Source: an uncultured Pseudomonadota bacterium (GTDB taxonomy: Bacteria > Pseudomonadota > Alphaproteobacteria > RF32 > CAG-239). From it: a DNA stretch of 64,000 nucleotides. The translations under genes and the position numbers were made by a program. Position 1 is the stretch's first letter, and each line of letters opens with the position of its first letter. This document shows, piece after piece, positions 59,396-64,000 of the stretch. The notes under the pieces were generated by a model. That model saw only the letters and a program-made list of their open reading frames with translations. It was not told the origin of the DNA and ran no database searches. The DNA is taken from assembly GCA_949297185.1 (NCBI GenBank), contig CASFRM010000005.1, positions 2,368 through 66,367 of the forward strand, given 5' to 3'.

Positions 59396-61334
59396 TTAAA
59401 CAAAATACCATGTGAACCCGCCGTAGCTGATGGTCCACACGCTATTAGCTTGGCTACCGGTTGCCTTCAACGGTTCCGCAAAAGAAACACCATTTAAAGC
59501 TGCTTCAGCATCGCCAAGTATGTTCATCAACACCCCACCAAAAGAGTGGTAGCTGATAACATAACCGGTTGATGCTTTGTTTGCCGTTATGTATGAAAGC
59601 ACTCCTATTTCATAAGAGCCACCGTTCCATACCCACGCCGGAGCCTTGCCCGCTTCCATTAACGCCATAGCGTTGGAAGCAGAGATCTCGGTTGCAGTCC
59701 AAGATGTCGAATTTACCGGACGAGAATAAACGGTATATGTTCCGTTATTATTCGTCAGCACATGCAAGTCAGTACTTGTCAAAGTTCTGCCTTGATATGC
59801 ATCGGTAATCCATACACCGAGGACTTCACCGTTAAGATCTTCCGCTTCGATTATGTTTATAGAAATAATAGCTTCCGAATAATCAGAAGAATTATTTTTA
59901 TCTTCGAAGCGGACTGTGGCCGTCGTCACACTTGTGATAGTGATTGTTTTTGCAACCACCTCACAAGCCGGAGCATTTGCACGGTAGTCCTTGCCGTTGT
60001 GCATAATCGCACTACCCTGACGGTTAGCTAAACTTATGCTAACGTTTTTCCCTTCAACAATGGCACTGCCATTGTTGAAGTTGTATGACTGACCGAGCAT
60101 ATTGGAAATGTTGTTGACAACGAATGTTGGCACAACATAGCTGAAATTATTAACTACACTGTAGTTAACATTTGCAGTTTCTGTTGTGTTGTCATTATAG
60201 TTGTCAACGAAAGTTGCCAAATTATCGCAGGTAACTGCGATATTAGCTCCAGAAACCTCAGCATTGCGACGATAAGCTACATGATTGTAGCTTTCATCGG
60301 TGCTGACAAGACGACGGTTTTCTTCCACCGTAACGATAACGGTTGTCTCTGCATAGTCGTTGGCGTCGTTGTCATAAAATTTGACAACTGCCTCAGATGC
60401 AGAAACAAAGGTAATGGTTCTGGCTTCAACTTTGCAAGGAACGATTTCGCTTGCGTAGTCTTTTTCACCATGCATTACCTTATCGTCAACAGCTGCAGAT
60501 TTCCAAACAGCAGAAACTGTTTGATCGGCAACCGTAACAACACCGTTTTCAAACGAGAAAGTCTTACCCACAACAGTATTAACATCCTCCACTTCTATTA
60601 CCGGAGCAGTAAAAGTAAATTCGTTAGATACGGTGTAAGCAACTTCCTCTACATTCTTTCTGCTACCATCGCTGTAGATATCAGCGAAGTTTGCAACATT
60701 GTCACAAACCACGGTAATGATATCATCATTAACGGAAGCAGCACGGCGGAATGCCTTGTGAGCGTAGTCCCACTCGGTTCTATCCAAAACCGGCGGAACA
60801 TAGCCTTCCTCAACCACGAATACTTGAGTAGCCGAAGCTAGCTCAATTCCATCGAAATCGAGGATATACTCTGTCTCCGACAATTCATAGTACGGAGACT
60901 CAACAGAGTCTATCGCACTATGACTGCCAGAAACAGTCATCATGTCCGCCTCAAGGCAGTTGAGGTGTCTTACCGTTGTAGACATAGTCCACAACGATAT
61001 TTGCCTTAACTACGTTTTTAATACCGTAGTTATAGGCAAAAGCCACTACCTCCTCTGCCTTTTTGCTCAACTCCTCGGCAGGGGCAACAGGCTGATTTCC
61101 ACCAACTTTGATGGTGTCTTCAACCGTGAGACGGAATTTCCATTCCATCTCTTCTTCAGTTTCATCGTCAAAGACGATGAATACTGAATTATCTCCCACT
61201 GGGATGTACCCAAGTGGGATCTTTTTGTTCTCCACTTGGGGTATGTCTTCCCCAAGTAAGAGACTTTCACTGCAGCTGGTAAAAGCTGCAGCAAAAGTTA
61301 ACATCATAGCTATGGTTTTTAAAATTTTTGCCAT
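59396..61334 (-). pseudogene. Lipoprotein with two ~157-aa tandem repeats, split by a +1 frame change (60951-61334 and 59396-60994)
   Basis: FTSC lipobox in the upstream ORF. The frames join at CCT-TGA-G near 60953. The downstream ORF lacks its own signal peptide. Confidence 0.65.
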
Positions 61335-61801
61335 AACTTTAATATCTTTTCCCTTTACTCATAAAAACAATTCTTGTTACTCAATTACTTTTCCGGCAGG
61401 CAAGATATCATCAGATATCCAGACGGGATAGTAGCTACTCCTATCCGCTCCACTTACTGTATCGCATCTTTTCATGACCGATACTCCTTACTCAGTAATT
61501 TTTGGCAAAAATCATTTTTTCTGAAGGGCGGGCGTACAGCATCATTATTCATGATGGTCACCCCTTATTTTGTTTAATTTTTTTTAGTTTTATTCACGCT
61601 AGAATAAATCCGGCAGAAGAGTATCTCCTTACGGCTGGCGTGGCATTCGTATAATTTCCCTGAAAACATTATTAAGATATGAAAATCAAAACATATAGAG
61701 GCAATTTAAAACGAAAACGTTATTTCGTTACACAAAAAACCCTTTTTTTAATCATCAATAATTTAAATAATGGCTTCCAACGATAATACTTTTGCAATTC
61801 T

Positions 61802-61830
61802 AATATAGCACAATATCTTTATTTTAGCAA
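61802..61830 (-). promoter_or_regulatory. Sigma70-like promoter for the lipoprotein cassette
   Basis: Minus strand TTGCTA-N17-TATATT with extended TG. Confidence 0.5.
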
Positions 61831-61956
61831 GCAAAATCACAAAAAAAATCGTCAGCTAACCAACTGATTTGTATATATTTTTTAAATATTTTTTAACCAA
61901 TTCATTTTGCGTGACAAAAATTTGTCAATTTTCGTCCCTCACATCAACGCCGCTTA

Positions 61957-62194
61957 TGTCATTCTCGGGCTTATTTCTCTTCTTTGTCATTCTCGGGCTT
62001 GTCCCGAGAATCTCTTACCATATCTCAATACAAATTTTTTCAAAACGGTGGAGAATGAGGCAAATAATAAGAAAGCTTTTTTAAGGCGACGGGAGTGTAC
62101 TGGTGGTACATGACCCAGCCTTAAAGAGGTTTCTGTATTAGTTGCCCATTATACGCCGTTTTACTGTCATTCTCGGAATAAATCCGAGGTTGAC
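61957..62194. repeat. Cluster B of TGTC-tagged REP-like palindromes with an embedded long hairpin
   Basis: TGTCATTCTCGG units at 61957, 61985 and 62165. 61985-62176 is a direct repeat of 57639-57831. Confidence 0.9.
62042..62162. repeat. ~121-bp imperfect palindromic element, copy 2
   Basis: Near-identical to 57696-57817. Confidence 0.8.
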
Positions 62195-62257
62195 TACAAA
62201 AAAAGCACCTGCCCATCACGACAAGTGCTTCCTTTTCTTTAACCTAAATTTTTTATT

Positions 62258-62866
62258 CTAGAAAGTAAACCTGATACCGCCATACCATTCGTGAGCATTG
62301 ACCTCTGCCCCTTCAATCTTACCCAAAGTATGGTATCTGTAACCGGCATCAATATTCAAACAACGATTAATTCTCAAGGTCAACCCTGCACCGATTTGCC
62401 AAGAGAACTTACTCTCTTCCCATTTTTCGTCGCTGGTTGCAGCTGCCACATTATCATTAACCATCTCAAGTTCAGTATAACCGATACCACCGCCAAAATA
62501 CGGGCTAATCCAATAATTTGGCATCAAATCAACATACATATTCAACATATATGATTTTGATGAAACAGTCATAGATGAAGTATGCACACCGGAACTAACA
62601 ATGTCTTCTTCGGCATCGTCTCTGGAAATATACTCCAATTCTGCTCTAAAATATTTGTACTTATAACCGATAGCTCCCGAGTACATGCCCACACTATCCA
62701 AATCACTTATTTTTGCCGCAGTAATCGAATCGTCTTTTGTATTAAGATTATTCCAGGTCATACCGCCTCTGGCCGTCAAATAAAACCCGTCTCTGGCTTC
62801 TGCCACATTGCTCAAACCAAGCACCAAAGCTACTGCCGAGCAAGCTGTTACTATAGTTTTTTTCAT
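62258..62866 (-). CDS. Eight-stranded outer membrane beta-barrel protein (opacity/OmpA-like family)
   Basis: Signal peptide, AIGY..RAELEY, PYFGGGIG, WQIGAG, DAGYRY and terminal GIRFTF. Confidence 0.85.
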   Translation of the reverse strand: MKKTIVTACSAVALVLGLSNVAEARDGFYLTARGGMTWNNLNTKDDSITAAKISDLDSVGMYSGAIGYKYKYFRAELEYISRDDAEEDIVSSGVHTSSMTVSSKSYMLNMYVDLMPNYWISPYFGGGIGYTELEMVNDNVAAATSDEKWEESKFSWQIGAGLTLRINRCLNIDAGYRYHTLGKIEGAEVNAHEWYGGIRFTF

Positions 62867-62978
62867 AAAATCGTCCTCTCGATAGAGTTATCTCATTGTC
62901 ATCAATTTAACATCTAATTCTTATTTATTGGTTAACATTTTTACATAAGCGCACAAAAAATCAACCAACTGAAATAAA

Positions 62979-63007
62979 TTGACAATCAACAATAAAAAGA
63001 ATACACT
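62979..63007 (+). promoter_or_regulatory. Sigma70-like promoter
   Basis: TTGACA-N17-TACACT. Confidence 0.6.
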
Positions 63008-63039
63008 CACATTAGTTTAACAATTAAAAATAAATTATT

Positions 63040-63384
63040 ATGAAAACAAAAAAATTTTTATCAGCATGCTTTCTTGCCATAGCTTGCAGTATCATTATCG
63101 GGTGTTACGCAATAATAACAAATTTTGTTAACAAGCAGTTGACTCAAATCAAAACCATTACAATTGTTTCGGTACGTGCTGATACCGAAATAAAGTATTT
63201 TGAAAACACCCGCGGAATCATTGATCCCGACACTATAGTTAACTTCTACGAGGTTATCTACGTAGACGAAAATGGGCACAAGTCCGACTGGACAAAATGC
63301 CCCAAACCGCCCAAACCTCAAATAGGCAAAACAAAGGCCTATTTTTATAATGACGAGATCGTCTGGCAAACTTCACTGGAGTGA
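63040..63384 (+). CDS. Small membrane-anchored protein, paralogue of 63671-63979
   Basis: MKTKK, a TM segment, then Y.V.Y.D..G. Confidence 0.7.
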   Translation: MKTKKFLSACFLAIACSIIIGCYAIITNFVNKQLTQIKTITIVSVRADTEIKYFENTRGIIDPDTIVNFYEVIYVDENGHKSDWTKCPKPPKPQIGKTKAYFYNDEIVWQTSLE

Positions 63385-63420
63385 AAAAAAAGCGCCCGTT
63401 TATAAAAACGGACGCTTTTT
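63384..63420 (+). terminator. Intrinsic terminator
   Basis: AAAAAGCGCCCGTTT...AAACGGACGCTTTTT. Confidence 0.75.
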
Positions 63421-63609
63421 CTTTTTGCTAAAGAGCTATATTAGCATGCTTTTTTTAAGCAGCAATCAGCACCGCTGACAACCATTTCACTGTTGAATTT
63501 AAAGCAATAAAAGCACCAATCTGTATTGGTTAATAGCCATTAAAACCAACCTTTAGTAAGTATTTTTGCGCAAAATCAATAAATTTTACCAAAAACTTAC
63601 AAAAAGAAT

Positions 63610-63638
63610 TTGACAAAATAAACAAAATATTTTACCTT
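63610..63638 (+). promoter_or_regulatory. Sigma70-like promoter
   Basis: TTGACA-N17-TACCTT. Confidence 0.55.
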
Positions 63639-63670
63639 CAATACAAATACCAACTTTTAATTTTATAATT

Positions 63671-63979
63671 ATGAAAACAAAAAAGATCTTATTAAACATT
63701 ATGTGGGGAGTCCTGTTCGTCATTCCTGTTTCTGCTGCCATCTTAAACGATGCCCGCATAAATAAGATGAAACAGGAAGTGGAAATCACCCAAATAACTC
63801 CCGCGACAGCAAACAGAAACGGGAAAGTTATAACCTCATACTCCGTAGTCTACAAAGACAGCCTCGGAGTACTATCCAACCAAATTCCTGTCAAATTGGG
63901 TATTGAACCCAAAACTGGCACCGCAAAGATAATCGTAAAAGATAATAGGATTATCTTGTTGGAACCAGTCGAAGAATAA
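63671..63979 (+). CDS. Small membrane-anchored protein, paralogue of 63040-63384
   Basis: MKTKK, a TM segment, then YSVVYKDSLG. Followed by the same terminator arm. Confidence 0.7.
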   Translation: MKTKKILLNIMWGVLFVIPVSAAILNDARINKMKQEVEITQITPATANRNGKVITSYSVVYKDSLGVLSNQIPVKLGIEPKTGTAKIIVKDNRIILLEPVEE

Positions 63980-64000
63980 CCCAAAAAAGCGCCCGTTTAT

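Noticed and set aside
61869-62113. Two short plus-strand ORFs (71 and 68 aa)
   Set aside because: They run through the REP/hairpin repeat, have non-ATG starts and no RBS.

Overview
AT-rich bacterial chromosome segment, very likely from a host/gut-associated alphaproteobacterium. Evidence: gcrA, alpha-type acidic RpoD and RpoZ, and alpha-type gene orders such as yqeY-dnaG-rpoD, rpoZ-spoT-acpS-lepB-rnc-era and yebC-ruvCAB-ybgC. Most of the window is housekeeping genes: fucO, rpoD, dnaG, greA, a MacAB-type ABC system, fmt, era, rnc, lepB, acpS, relA/spoT, rpoZ, gcrA, ruvCAB, cysS, gltX, prmA, aminopeptidase P and tRNA-Ile2(CAU). These are interspersed with orphan genes whose starts lack a Shine-Dalgarno sequence. 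The main non-routine observations are: (1) a ~4.1 kb surface-protein cassette (beta-barrel protein plus a split repeat lipoprotein) bracketed by ~193-bp direct repeats built from TGTC-tagged REP-like palindromes and a ~122-bp long-hairpin element; (2) large, apparently structured non-coding leaders, including a switch-like RNA at 59175-59390; (3) an unannotated Ile/Leu-rich leader peptide with a terminator at the window start; (4) a CxC-rich metallothionein-like microprotein; (5) a solitary flagellin with a beta-helix-like insert; (6) a DsbD/ScsB-like protein lacking both canonical membrane cysteines; (7) a protease / 7TM-transglutaminase / ATP-grasp operon. No integrase, transposase, reverse transcriptase, CRISPR array or rRNA was recognised. 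All calls are by-eye motif recognition; no database search or folding computation was run.
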